A program made the translations under genes and the position numbers. Shown in pieces: positions 15,686 to 23,817 of a stretch of DNA of 25,004 nt. The notes beneath the pieces were generated by a model. That model saw nothing but the letters and a program-made list of their open reading frames with translations. It ran no database searches and was not told the DNA's origin. This stretch comes from a virus (Duplodnaviria; Caudoviricetes), in the IMG/VR virus record IMGVR_UViG_3300032329_000232, positions 1 through 25,004 of that record. One strand, given 5' to 3'. Positions within the stretch are counted from its first letter, which is position 1. Every line of letters starts with the position of its first letter.

Positions 15686-16107
15686 TGGCTATTGCTCTTT
15701 ACGAATATGTAGTTTCAGTTGTACAAAAATATAATCCTAACCACGGAGCAGGCGGACGTTTTGCTTCCGGTGGCGCGGGCGCGGGCGCAAGCGCTCCACT
15801 TCGCACCGATGGTGCCGCGGCCTTACACAGAAACCTTGCACCTAAATTAGAAGCAATTAATAACAAAATTGATGCCCTCCCTAAAGAACCAAAAATTGCA
15901 GGGGATATCGCGCAAGCAAAAGTTGGTCTAGCCTCAGCGGCAAAATCTCCAACTCCAAAAGGAAGCGCACAGGGAATTATGAACGCCCATCATGCTTTAG
16001 ATAGCGCCGCAAATAAAGTTGTTGGAAAACAAACACCGTTAGCGTTTCAAATTAAAGATATACGGCAAGATGCCAAATTCCTTGGCGAAGCCTTGATGAG
16101 ACCATAG
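15685..16107 (+). CDS. tagged cargo 5: small Ala-rich helical protein of unknown function
   Basis: Tag VVQK-YNPNHGAGGRFASGG at 15727; the body is not recognised. Confidence 0.8.
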   Translation: MAIALYEYVVSVVQKYNPNHGAGGRFASGGAGAGASAPLRTDGAAALHRNLAPKLEAINNKIDALPKEPKIAGDIAQAKVGLASAAKSPTPKGSAQGIMNAHHALDSAANKVVGKQTPLAFQIKDIRQDAKFLGEALMRP

Positions 16108-16114
16108 GACAAAA

Positions 16115-16522
16115 ATGAATAAACATGCTCACATCTATCAAATCACAAAGGCAACCTGTCCTACCGCTACTCAGAATGTAGCCACAAATTTAAAGAACCG
16201 ACAAAAGGCAATCAAGGATGCAAACTATGGTCCTCTTAATCCGGCAGAACCAAATGCCGATTACTGGCAGGCCAAGGCAGACCAATTTAAGACAACGGTA
16301 AAAGAAGCAAAAACTTCTCGTTGTGGTAATTGCGCGGCTTTTATTCAGACAAAAGATATGCTCGCATGTATTGATAAAGGATTAGCCGCTGGCGATTCTT
16401 CTAAGCAAAACGCTTGGGATACGATTGACGCTGGTAATCTTGGCTACTGCGAAGCATTTGACTTCAAATGCGCATCATCAAGAACTTGTGATGCTTGGAT
16501 AGCGGGGGGACCAGTTAAATGA
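16115..16522 (+). CDS. Cys-rich putative metal or Fe-S binding protein
   Basis: CP.AT, NYGPLNP, RCGNCAAF, GYC..FDFKC...RTCDAW. Confidence 0.8.
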   Translation: MNKHAHIYQITKATCPTATQNVATNLKNRQKAIKDANYGPLNPAEPNADYWQAKADQFKTTVKEAKTSRCGNCAAFIQTKDMLACIDKGLAAGDSSKQNAWDTIDAGNLGYCEAFDFKCASSRTCDAWIAGGPVK

Positions 16523-16704
16523 TTAAATTTCGTAAAGGCCAGACAATCATGGTAAAGCCTACAAGCGGGTCAGTTCGTCCTGCTCGTATTGCTTCAGTCA
16601 CTAGCCAGACATCACTTGTTGTTGTTTATGGCAAGGGAAACAAAGCAACAGTTACAGTTGCGGCATCTTCAAAGACAGGTAAGCACAAGTTAGCATCTGA
16701 GTAA
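16519..16704 (+). CDS. small basic beta-rich protein (paralog A)
   Basis: 61 aa, ATGA-coupled; similar to 16707-16892. Confidence 0.75.
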   Translation: MIKFRKGQTIMVKPTSGSVRPARIASVTSQTSLVVVYGKGNKATVTVAASSKTGKHKLASE

Positions 16705-16706
16705 CC

Positions 16707-16892
16707 ATGGCTAAAAAGATTCAAACGGGTACTGCCATTCATGTTAAAACCACGGCTGGCAGAATTCGTCATGCAATTGTTAAGACGGTAACTACGCAAG
16801 ATTCTCTCTCTGTTCAGATTGGTAAAGACATCGCTTTTGCTGTTACCCGGGCCGCCTCTACAACAATTCGCGGGACACAATTTAATCAATAA
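16707..16892 (+). CDS. small basic beta-rich protein (paralog B)
   Basis: 61 aa; pattern G..I.VK.T.G..R.A....VT.Q.SL.V..GK shared with paralog A. Confidence 0.75.
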   Translation: MAKKIQTGTAIHVKTTAGRIRHAIVKTVTTQDSLSVQIGKDIAFAVTRAASTTIRGTQFNQ

Positions 16893-17027
16893 GGGTTTCA
16901 CCCCCAAGTGCATTTCATGTGTTTCAAGCCTAAGAAACACTTACCCGCGTGATAGCCTTTTACTACCGATTTACAAGGTTGGGTTATATTATTTACTCAA
17001 ATGAATAATGCCCAGTATGGAGGAAAT

Positions 17028-17903
17028 ATGGCGAAGGCAACAAAAATGGTACGCCTTGCTATTGATGAAACAAGCGGCGTGGACCATCCGGCACACCTTT
17101 CCGAAGGTTGGCTCGTAATGAAATCCGCAAATGCTGAAGAAATCGAAGCAGTCATTGACTCAATAACCGAAACAACAATAACTAAGGAGGACTCAGTGTC
17201 CGATGAGAACACAGTTGTAACTGAGGACGCAGTAGTTGCAGAAGCAACTCCAACTGAGTCTCCAGCAGAAGACCAAGATGCAATAATCGCAGGACTTGAA
17301 GAAGAACTTGCAAAAGCAAAAGCCGCTAAGGCTATGCCTGAAGGTTCAGCCGCCGATGAAAAAGATGAAGAACAAATGGATGGCGAATCTGATGCCGCTT
17401 ATGCAAAGCGCATGAGAGACAAAAAAATGCAGGAAGAAAAGAAGCCAGTGGCAATGAAAAAGTCATTGGAATCTGTTGAGAAGGCATTCGCAGTTGAGAA
17501 GGCTCGCGCCGACGAAGCAGTTGCACTTCTTCAGAAAGAACGTGATGAGCGAGCAGACGCCGACTCAATCACAAAAGCAAAGAATTGGAACAATCTTCCT
17601 TTGGAAGCAGAGAAGGTCGGTCCAGCACTTCGTCGTTTGTCACTAATTGACGAAGACCTAGCAAAAAGCATTGAAGGCATTCTAAGTGCAGTCAATGAGC
17701 AAGCAAAAACATCAAACCTATTTGCTGAAATTGGAAAGTCTGTCGATTCATCCGCAGTGGATGCTTACGACCGTCTGACTGCACTAGCAAAGGCGGCAGT
17801 TGAATCAGGCGTAGCACCTTCATTTGAAGTTGCAATGGCTGACGCCGCACTAGCAAACACAGACCTTTACAAGCAATACCTCACCGAGAAGGGTGCTAAA
17901 TAA
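17028..17903 (+). CDS. capsid scaffolding protein with an N-terminal protease-like segment
   Basis: GGAGG RBS before ATG 17028; LAIDETSGVDHPA; acidic/coiled-coil body; LFAEIGKS; upstream of cement and capsid genes. Confidence 0.8.
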   Translation: MAKATKMVRLAIDETSGVDHPAHLSEGWLVMKSANAEEIEAVIDSITETTITKEDSVSDENTVVTEDAVVAEATPTESPAEDQDAIIAGLEEELAKAKAAKAMPEGSAADEKDEEQMDGESDAAYAKRMRDKKMQEEKKPVAMKKSLESVEKAFAVEKARADEAVALLQKERDERADADSITKAKNWNNLPLEAEKVGPALRRLSLIDEDLAKSIEGILSAVNEQAKTSNLFAEIGKSVDSSAVDAYDRLTALAKAAVESGVAPSFEVAMADAALANTDLYKQYLTEKGAK

Positions 17904-17905
17904 AC

Positions 17906-18304
17906 ATGGCATACGAGATTAATAATTATTCCGTAAGAGCAACCTTTGTTGCTGGTGCGGATTTGTCAGCAAAGCAATACACATTCGTTAAGTTGAACTC
18001 ATCAGGACAGGTAATTGCGGCCGCGGCGGCAACAGATGTTCCTATCGGAGTTCTACAAAACAACCCAGTTTCAGGTGCAGAAGCATCTGTACTAATCGTA
18101 GGCGGAACAAAGATTGTCGCGTCAGCCGCGGCAACACTTGGAACTGCACTAAACTTCGGAACAACTTCAGCAGGTAAGGCGGCTACTCTTGCAGTAACCG
18201 ATACCACTAAGTATGTTCTCGGTGTTTATCTTGAGGCACCAGCCGCTGATGGCGATATCGTTGCCGCAGTTGTTAACTGCGCTACACCAACAAGAGCGAA
18301 CTAA
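17906..18304 (+). CDS. capsid cement/decoration protein (DUF2190-like)
   Basis: AGADLS..QY.FVK, PIGVLQN.P, Ala/Gly-rich, GDIV; lies between scaffold and major capsid. Confidence 0.8.
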   Translation: MAYEINNYSVRATFVAGADLSAKQYTFVKLNSSGQVIAAAAATDVPIGVLQNNPVSGAEASVLIVGGTKIVASAAATLGTALNFGTTSAGKAATLAVTDTTKYVLGVYLEAPAADGDIVAAVVNCATPTRAN

Positions 18305-18318
18305 GGAGCCGAACTTAA

Positions 18319-19296
18319 ATGCCACAACCAACGTTAACCGACTCGCACATTGATGCGATTCTCACAAACATTTCTGTTGCTTACATGCAGAAGCAGGAAA
18401 ACTTTATCGCTGATAAGGTCTTCCCTGTAATTCCAGTTGACAAGAAGTCAAACAAGTATTTTGTTTACACAAAGAACGACTGGTTCCGCGATGAAGCACA
18501 GCGCCGAGCAGATGCAACCGAATCAGCAGGTTCAGGTTACTCACTCACAACCGCTACTTACAACACTGATGTCTTTGCATTCCATAAGGACATTGGCGAC
18601 CAAACACTTGCTAACTCAGATGCACCGTTGAATCCACTTCGCGAGGCTTCAGAGTTCGTAACACAACGTCTTCTACTTCGCAAGGAACTTCAGTTCGTAA
18701 CTGACTTCTTCACCACTGGTGTATGGGGTACAGATGTAAACGGAGTTTCAGGTTCACCATCAACTGGTGAAACTCGTCAGTGGTCTGATTACACAAACTC
18801 AGACCCAATCAACGATATCGAAGCCGCTAAGTCTTCAATTCTTTCAACAACAGGACAGGATGCAAATACTCTTGTTCTCGGATACGAAACATTCCGTCAG
18901 TTGAAGAATCACCCAGACCTAGTTGACCGTATCAAGTACACATCTTCACAGACAATCACAACCGACATGCTCGCGGCAATGTTTGACATTCCACGCGTTA
19001 TGGTTGCAAAGGCTGTTAAGGCAACAAACAAGGAAGGCGCAACAGGCGCTTACGGATTTGCATACGGCAAGGGCGCAATGCTCTGCCACGTTGCACAGAA
19101 TCCGGGCGTTCTTACACCTTCTGCTGGATACACATTCTCATGGACTGGCGTATCAGGTGGTCTTGGTGCAAACATCGGAACTTCATCATTCCGTATGGAA
19201 TCAATCAAGGCAACACGTGTTGAGGCTGAAATGGCTTTCGACAACAAGATTATTGGTTCAGACCTTGGTTATTTCTGGAACACAATCGTCGCTTAA
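18319..19296 (+). CDS. major capsid protein (HK97 fold, lambda gpE-like)
   Basis: HID..LTNIS.AY.Q...FIAD.VFP..PV.K, WSDY.NSDP..DI, L..HP; AAGGAG RBS; followed by a terminator. Confidence 0.92.
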   Translation: MPQPTLTDSHIDAILTNISVAYMQKQENFIADKVFPVIPVDKKSNKYFVYTKNDWFRDEAQRRADATESAGSGYSLTTATYNTDVFAFHKDIGDQTLANSDAPLNPLREASEFVTQRLLLRKELQFVTDFFTTGVWGTDVNGVSGSPSTGETRQWSDYTNSDPINDIEAAKSSILSTTGQDANTLVLGYETFRQLKNHPDLVDRIKYTSSQTITTDMLAAMFDIPRVMVAKAVKATNKEGATGAYGFAYGKGAMLCHVAQNPGVLTPSAGYTFSWTGVSGGLGANIGTSSFRMESIKATRVEAEMAFDNKIIGSDLGYFWNTIVA

Positions 19297-19306
19297 TTTG
19301 ATTAGT

Positions 19307-19344
19307 AAGGGAGGGGAGAGTCAGAAATGGCTCTCCCTTTCTTT
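19307..19344 (+). terminator. intrinsic terminator after the major capsid gene
   Basis: AAGGGAGGGGAGAGTCA-GAAA-TGGCTCTCCCTTTCTTT. Confidence 0.8.
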
Positions 19345-19361
19345 CATAGCAAAGGAATAAA

Positions 19362-19547
19362 ATGAAAGCAAAAATCCTCAAGAGATTAACAAATGACGGA
19401 AAAGAATTAGAAGTAGGAACAATCGTGGATGTAAGTGGATGGCGTAACGCTAGGTCACTTGAAGGTTCGCGGTATATTACTTTTGTAACTGAAGAAGAAG
19501 CAAAAGCGGCAGAACCAAAAGTTAAGAAAGCAACCGTAGAAAATTAA
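19362..19547 (+). CDS. small hypothetical protein following the capsid gene
   Basis: AAGGA RBS, 61 aa. Confidence 0.8.
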   Translation: MKAKILKRLTNDGKELEVGTIVDVSGWRNARSLEGSRYITFVTEEEAKAAEPKVKKATVEN

Positions 19548-19563
19548 AGCGTAGGGGTGGACC

Positions 19564-20136
19564 ATGGCAATTCCGAGCAATTTAAGTCTTGTAACTGTTA
19601 CAGGAACTTACATTGATATCTCTGGTGTGCCTATTGCTGGGCAGGTCAAGTTCACCCCTCGCGCTGTTCTTCGCAACGTAACATCAGACGTAATTCTTGT
19701 TAATAGCACAATTGTTGTAACTCTTAATGCTTATGGTTCTTTTTCTCAGCAACTTGTAGCATCTGATGACTCGGATGCCTCTCCTGTTGGATTCACTTAT
19801 TTAGTTGAAGAAGCATTCGTTGGCGGTCGCACATTTGATATGTTGCTACCAGCCTCGGTTCCGACTGTCGATTTAGCGGACGTTTCTCCTGCCGTAGCCA
19901 ATGATGGTACTGGCGCCCTTTATGTATCTCAATCAGAATTTCAAAGTTACTCAACTCGTCTTGGCGTCGTAGAAACTTCAGCATCGACCGTAAGCACTTA
20001 TTTTACGGCTTTAAACGCGGCCCTTGCTACCGCTATTGCTAATACAAACACGGCAGTATCTTTGACCTCAAGTTATGTAAAGGCTGTAGGAAACATAGGA
20101 GACAACGGCGTTCTTTATCCAGCAAGGGCGTTCTAA
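19564..20136 (+). CDS. putative virion structural protein
   Basis: N-terminal beta domain (TVTGTY....G.P..GQVKFTP) shared with 20228-21301. Confidence 0.7.
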   Translation: MAIPSNLSLVTVTGTYIDISGVPIAGQVKFTPRAVLRNVTSDVILVNSTIVVTLNAYGSFSQQLVASDDSDASPVGFTYLVEEAFVGGRTFDMLLPASVPTVDLADVSPAVANDGTGALYVSQSEFQSYSTRLGVVETSASTVSTYFTALNAALATAIANTNTAVSLTSSYVKAVGNIGDNGVLYPARAF

Positions 20137-20228
20137 TGTATTACCTAACACACATAACATTTCAAGGTGTTTTTCTTGTTTCATTAATTTCTTTAACAAT
20201 TATCGGGATGTGGTGGGCTGAGCGCTAA
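20136..20228 (+). CDS. 30-aa hydrophobic peptide
   Basis: MYYLTHITFQGVFLVSLISLTIIGMWWAER; TAATG overlaps at both ends. Confidence 0.65.
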   Translation: MYYLTHITFQGVFLVSLISLTIIGMWWAER

Positions 20229-21301
20229 TGGCATTACCCGGCAATATAACCCTTATTACTGTCACTGGTCAGTACCTTAATTTTCAAGGCAGTCCAGTTG
20301 ATGGTCAAATAAAGATTTATCCTTCCAAGGTTTTGATTGATGCGCTCGCTGACACAATTATCATCCCTGCCACGATTACTAAAGATTTAGTCAATGGTTC
20401 TTTTTCCGTAACGGTCCCAGTAACCAATGACCCGGATGTAAGTCCACTCAATTATTTTTATTATTTTGAAGAAGCATTTACTGGCGGCTCTACTTATATT
20501 ATTTATTTGCCTGCCACACTGGGGTCGGTTGTTGATATCACTGATATCCGTGTAGATGACAAAATTACTGAATACATCCAGCCGATTGCTTATCAATTAT
20601 GGCCTCCTCTACAACTTCGAACACAAGCCCTAGAAGCCTTTTATTCAGAGACCGGAGCGGTCCCAGCCCCGGGAACTTACGCATATCTTTATTTATATGC
20701 CGATACTTATGCCTCGCTCGCGAGCGCGTGGGGGACTTACGCAAATGCGGTCCGGACAAGTCTTTCATTTACACCCGCCCGATTGCAGGCAATTTTAGAC
20801 CGTATGACAAGGCTTCAGAACTACACAGCAACCTCAACAGACCTTCGGGATACAACCAACCTTGGGGTAGTTACTGAAAGCGGCTACAGGGCGGCTATGG
20901 CTAAATACGGCACATACACAAACTGGCAAAATGAATATGCCACTTACAACTTGATGACCGGAAGTTCATACACATGGACCTATTCCCAAATTGGAACTTT
21001 ACTCACCCAACTTGGTTTGGCTCTTACTGGTCAGGACCCCCGCGAAGTTTCTACTATTACAGATAACCTTTTGAGAATTACTCGTAGCGTTCAAGGAAGC
21101 GACTATGGTGCTTTAACTTTAACTCTTGCTACTAACGCTCAGGTTGCAACAAATTATAGTAGTTACCTTGACTTGCAAAACAGTGCAAATAGTGTCGGGT
21201 TCTCATACCCTGTCCGTGACTGGGCTGATAGACTTCGTACTAACGCAAACCGTCCACACGCTCTGCTTATGAAGGATTACAGGTATGGCATTAACGTATA
21301 A
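20228..21301 (+). CDS. putative virion structural protein
   Basis: Paralogous N-terminal domain followed by Tyr/Thr-rich pseudo-repeats. Confidence 0.7.
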   Translation: MALPGNITLITVTGQYLNFQGSPVDGQIKIYPSKVLIDALADTIIIPATITKDLVNGSFSVTVPVTNDPDVSPLNYFYYFEEAFTGGSTYIIYLPATLGSVVDITDIRVDDKITEYIQPIAYQLWPPLQLRTQALEAFYSETGAVPAPGTYAYLYLYADTYASLASAWGTYANAVRTSLSFTPARLQAILDRMTRLQNYTATSTDLRDTTNLGVVTESGYRAAMAKYGTYTNWQNEYATYNLMTGSSYTWTYSQIGTLLTQLGLALTGQDPREVSTITDNLLRITRSVQGSDYGALTLTLATNAQVATNYSSYLDLQNSANSVGFSYPVRDWADRLRTNANRPHALLMKDYRYGINV

Positions 21302-21614
21302 AGTTTTGGGGCAAGCGATTCCAGCGGCCTCAACCCTTGCTGACCTTTACACAGTACCATCAGGTACTTACGTGATTGTGAATTCAATCGTTATTTGTAA
21401 TACAAACTCTAGCGCGACAACCTTCCGTATTTCAGTGGCTCAAGATGGTGCGGCTGATACGCTTGCTCAGTACGTGGCACGTGAAATCCCTATAGCGGGT
21501 AATGCGACTACAGAATTTGCTATGGGAATTACAATGGATGCCGCTGACAGATTACGAGTTTACTCAACATCTGGCACTTGTTCGTTTAACGCTTTTGGCG
21601 TAGAGATTCAATAG
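21285..21614 (+). CDS. small virion-associated beta-sandwich protein
   Basis: YKVLGQ..P.....DLYTVP...S..ICN; related to 22156-22464. Confidence 0.7.
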   Translation: MALTYKVLGQAIPAASTLADLYTVPSGTYVIVNSIVICNTNSSATTFRISVAQDGAADTLAQYVAREIPIAGNATTEFAMGITMDAADRLRVYSTSGTCSFNAFGVEIQ

Positions 21615-21623
21615 GAGGCATAA

Positions 21624-22106
21624 ATGCCAACAACATCTGGCGGTATTAGATACCCGGCTTCTTCAGCGTCAATTAATATCCCTCAAGATATGCAGTACCT
21701 TGCTGAAGACGTTCAAACCTATATTAATGCTAATGCACTTACGGCCGCTGGTGTTTATACTCTTACAAATAAAAAAATTGGCGGCACAGGTCTAGGTTGG
21801 ACAGGTTCTTCAGGTCAAGGTGTTTATACAACGACATTGCAAGCGACTATTCCGACTGGTAATAACACTGTAACTATTCCAAACGCTTCTGGAACCGTAT
21901 CCCTTATTGCTCTTGCTGAAACTTTGTCAAATAAAACTTTTGCTAGTTCACTAGCAATTGCAGGCTCAGCCGCAGGAACCACAATCCTTCAGGCTCAAAA
22001 TACTGCTGGTGGCACTATCACGCTTCCAACTTCAGGTGGCACAATGGCCGTAACAGATGATATTGGTAACGGCGAAATTCTTGTCATCATGGGCGTTTAC
22101 GTCTAA
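21624..22106 (+). CDS. putative tail-fibre-related protein
   Basis: TT..GIRYP, TLTNK/TLSNKT and T.TLP...GT repeats typical of fibre shafts. Confidence 0.65.
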   Translation: MPTTSGGIRYPASSASINIPQDMQYLAEDVQTYINANALTAAGVYTLTNKKIGGTGLGWTGSSGQGVYTTTLQATIPTGNNTVTIPNASGTVSLIALAETLSNKTFASSLAIAGSAAGTTILQAQNTAGGTITLPTSGGTMAVTDDIGNGEILVIMGVYV

Positions 22107-22155
22107 CAATTAAACTTGTCTATGGCAGAATAAGCCTAGAAGAAAGAGGAAACTA

Positions 22156-22464
22156 ATGGCTGTAAATACACCGATAGCGTTGTTCCGAGGAAACGCTACG
22201 ACTAGCACTGGAACGACCCTTTATACTGTTCCTGCCTCAACTAAAACTATTATTACTAGCGTCTTGGTTGCTAATAACTCATCTTCTACACAAACATTTA
22301 CAATGGCGTTTGACGGTATTGCTATTGCAACAGCAACAAACCTTTTGGCTAATACAACTCAAGTAATCGATATGAAGCAGGTTCTTACAACCACCAAATT
22401 AATCACAGGTGGAGCGAGCGCAACTTCCGTTTCATTCCACATTAGCGGAATTGAGAGTGTATAA
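22156..22464 (+). CDS. small virion-associated beta-sandwich protein
   Basis: LFRG.A.....TLYTVP...V.FHISG.E. Confidence 0.7.
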   Translation: MAVNTPIALFRGNATTSTGTTLYTVPASTKTIITSVLVANNSSSTQTFTMAFDGIAIATATNLLANTTQVIDMKQVLTTTKLITGGASATSVSFHISGIESV

Positions 22465-22467
22465 CCT

Positions 22468-23349
22468 ATGGCATCCTCAACAATCCCAGCATCAGGTGGA
22501 GGCGGCCTTTCACCTAAGTATGTTAAATACACTTCTTCAGGAACATTTACTTTGCCCGATGGTTACGGTGCCGCAAAGCCGCTATTAATTGACATTCAAG
22601 TAATTGGCGGTGGTGGCGGTGGTGCGCCAGCAATTATGACTGGTGCAGGAGCAAACTTTGGTCGCACTTTTGCGTACGGTTATTACGGCAATAACTTCAA
22701 TGTTCGTTATGCAATTCCTAATGGTCAAAACTATGATGGTTCAAATGTTTATGATATTAAAGGCGGCGGCTCTGGCGGTCTTGCAAAGACACAAATGTAT
22801 TTGACTTCAAATCTTACAATCACAGTAGGAGCGGCAGGTTCTCGTTCAACTAGCGGAACTTTCAATGAAGTTACTCTAACTAACGGGGCTGATAACAGTT
22901 GGGCTAATGCTACAAACCGAAATAGTAATCACAGCATGAATACAAGTGGCGGTACTGGTGGAACTTCAACTGCTGGTTCGGTATCTGCGGCTGGCGGAAA
23001 CGGCGCAGTGACAAACTCAGTTAATATGAACTGGACTACTAATACTTCTGGTGCAAACTTTTCAGGTAACAACTCAGGTTCTCCTATTGTGAATACAAAC
23101 GCATTCACAATTACTGGAATGGGTGGAACTGCTGGTAACGGTGGAACGCCTTCAGGAACTGCTGGAGATGCAACACCACTTCTTGGAACGCTTGCTGGTG
23201 GCTCAGGAACTGCAAATTCAATTTTTGGTTCTTTTGGAATTGGTGGAAAGCGCGGAGATATTGGTACTAATACAGGCGTTGAAGGTACAGGCGGCGGTTC
23301 AGGTTCAGTCGGCGCACCGGGCGCAGTAATTATTACTTACTGGTCATAA
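22468..23349 (+). CDS. glycine-rich tail fibre/adhesin-like protein
   Basis: YTSSGTFT.P, VIGGGGGG, ITVGAAG, G.PGAVIITY: phage Gly-rich domain layout. Confidence 0.75.
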   Translation: MASSTIPASGGGGLSPKYVKYTSSGTFTLPDGYGAAKPLLIDIQVIGGGGGGAPAIMTGAGANFGRTFAYGYYGNNFNVRYAIPNGQNYDGSNVYDIKGGGSGGLAKTQMYLTSNLTITVGAAGSRSTSGTFNEVTLTNGADNSWANATNRNSNHSMNTSGGTGGTSTAGSVSAAGGNGAVTNSVNMNWTTNTSGANFSGNNSGSPIVNTNAFTITGMGGTAGNGGTPSGTAGDATPLLGTLAGGSGTANSIFGSFGIGGKRGDIGTNTGVEGTGGGSGSVGAPGAVIITYWS

Positions 23350-23358
23350 GGAGATAAA

Positions 23359-23754
23359 ATGACTGAAAAAACTGTTTTTGAATCTTTTGCACTTATTAAC
23401 GACAAAGACCAAGTTGTTAATCATATTCTTGTTGACAAAGATGCTTCTAATTTTGAAGAAATCATGGCTGTTCAATTAGAACATTGGGGTTGTGTTCGTT
23501 ATGTAGAAACATTTGATGATGAGCATTTAATTATTCTTGACCCAAGCCCCGAGATTTGGACAACTCACGAAGAAGGAAAAGGTTTTGTTTTGCCTAATGG
23601 TCAATGGACTGATGCGGAAACTGGCGAAACTTTTATTCCTGAAACAAAAAAGATTTCAGAATTGCCTGAAGATTCTTTACTCCTTGAAAAGAATAAAGCA
23701 AATCGTCCTGAAGGTTGGGTATTCCCACCTCACATCACATTGGTTGAAGGTTAA
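23359..23754 (+). CDS. acidic hypothetical protein (possible fibre-associated chaperone)
   Basis: AAGGAG RBS; FALI....VVN.I; directly follows the Gly-rich gene. Confidence 0.7.
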   Translation: MTEKTVFESFALINDKDQVVNHILVDKDASNFEEIMAVQLEHWGCVRYVETFDDEHLIILDPSPEIWTTHEEGKGFVLPNGQWTDAETGETFIPETKKISELPEDSLLLEKNKANRPEGWVFPPHITLVEG

Positions 23755-23769
23755 TCTTTGTAAGTCGTC

Positions 23770-23817
23770 TTGACTCTTAATAAAAAACCTCGTAGGTTCA
23801 TCCTATGGGGTTTTTTA
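23770..23817 (+). promoter_or_regulatory. overlapping intrinsic terminator and leaderless promoter
   Basis: Hairpin TAAAAAACCTCGTAGG-ttcat-CCTATGGGGTTTTTTA; TTGACT(23770)-17-TAGGTT(23793)-6-ATG(23805). Confidence 0.6.

Noticed and set aside
11718-15780. Tag repeats as a CRISPR array or DNA repeat element
   Set aside because: Spacing is gene-sized and irregular, and the copies vary at synonymous positions; this is a protein motif.
17001-17027. ORF-track start at 17001 for the scaffold (and 7029 for ssb)
   Set aside because: Good RBSs precede the downstream ATGs at 17028 and 7074 instead.
18923-19360. 145-aa alternative-frame ORF over the capsid 3' end as a frameshift extension
   Set aside because: No slippery site was seen near the capsid stop, the composition looks like an off-frame read, and it runs through the terminator.
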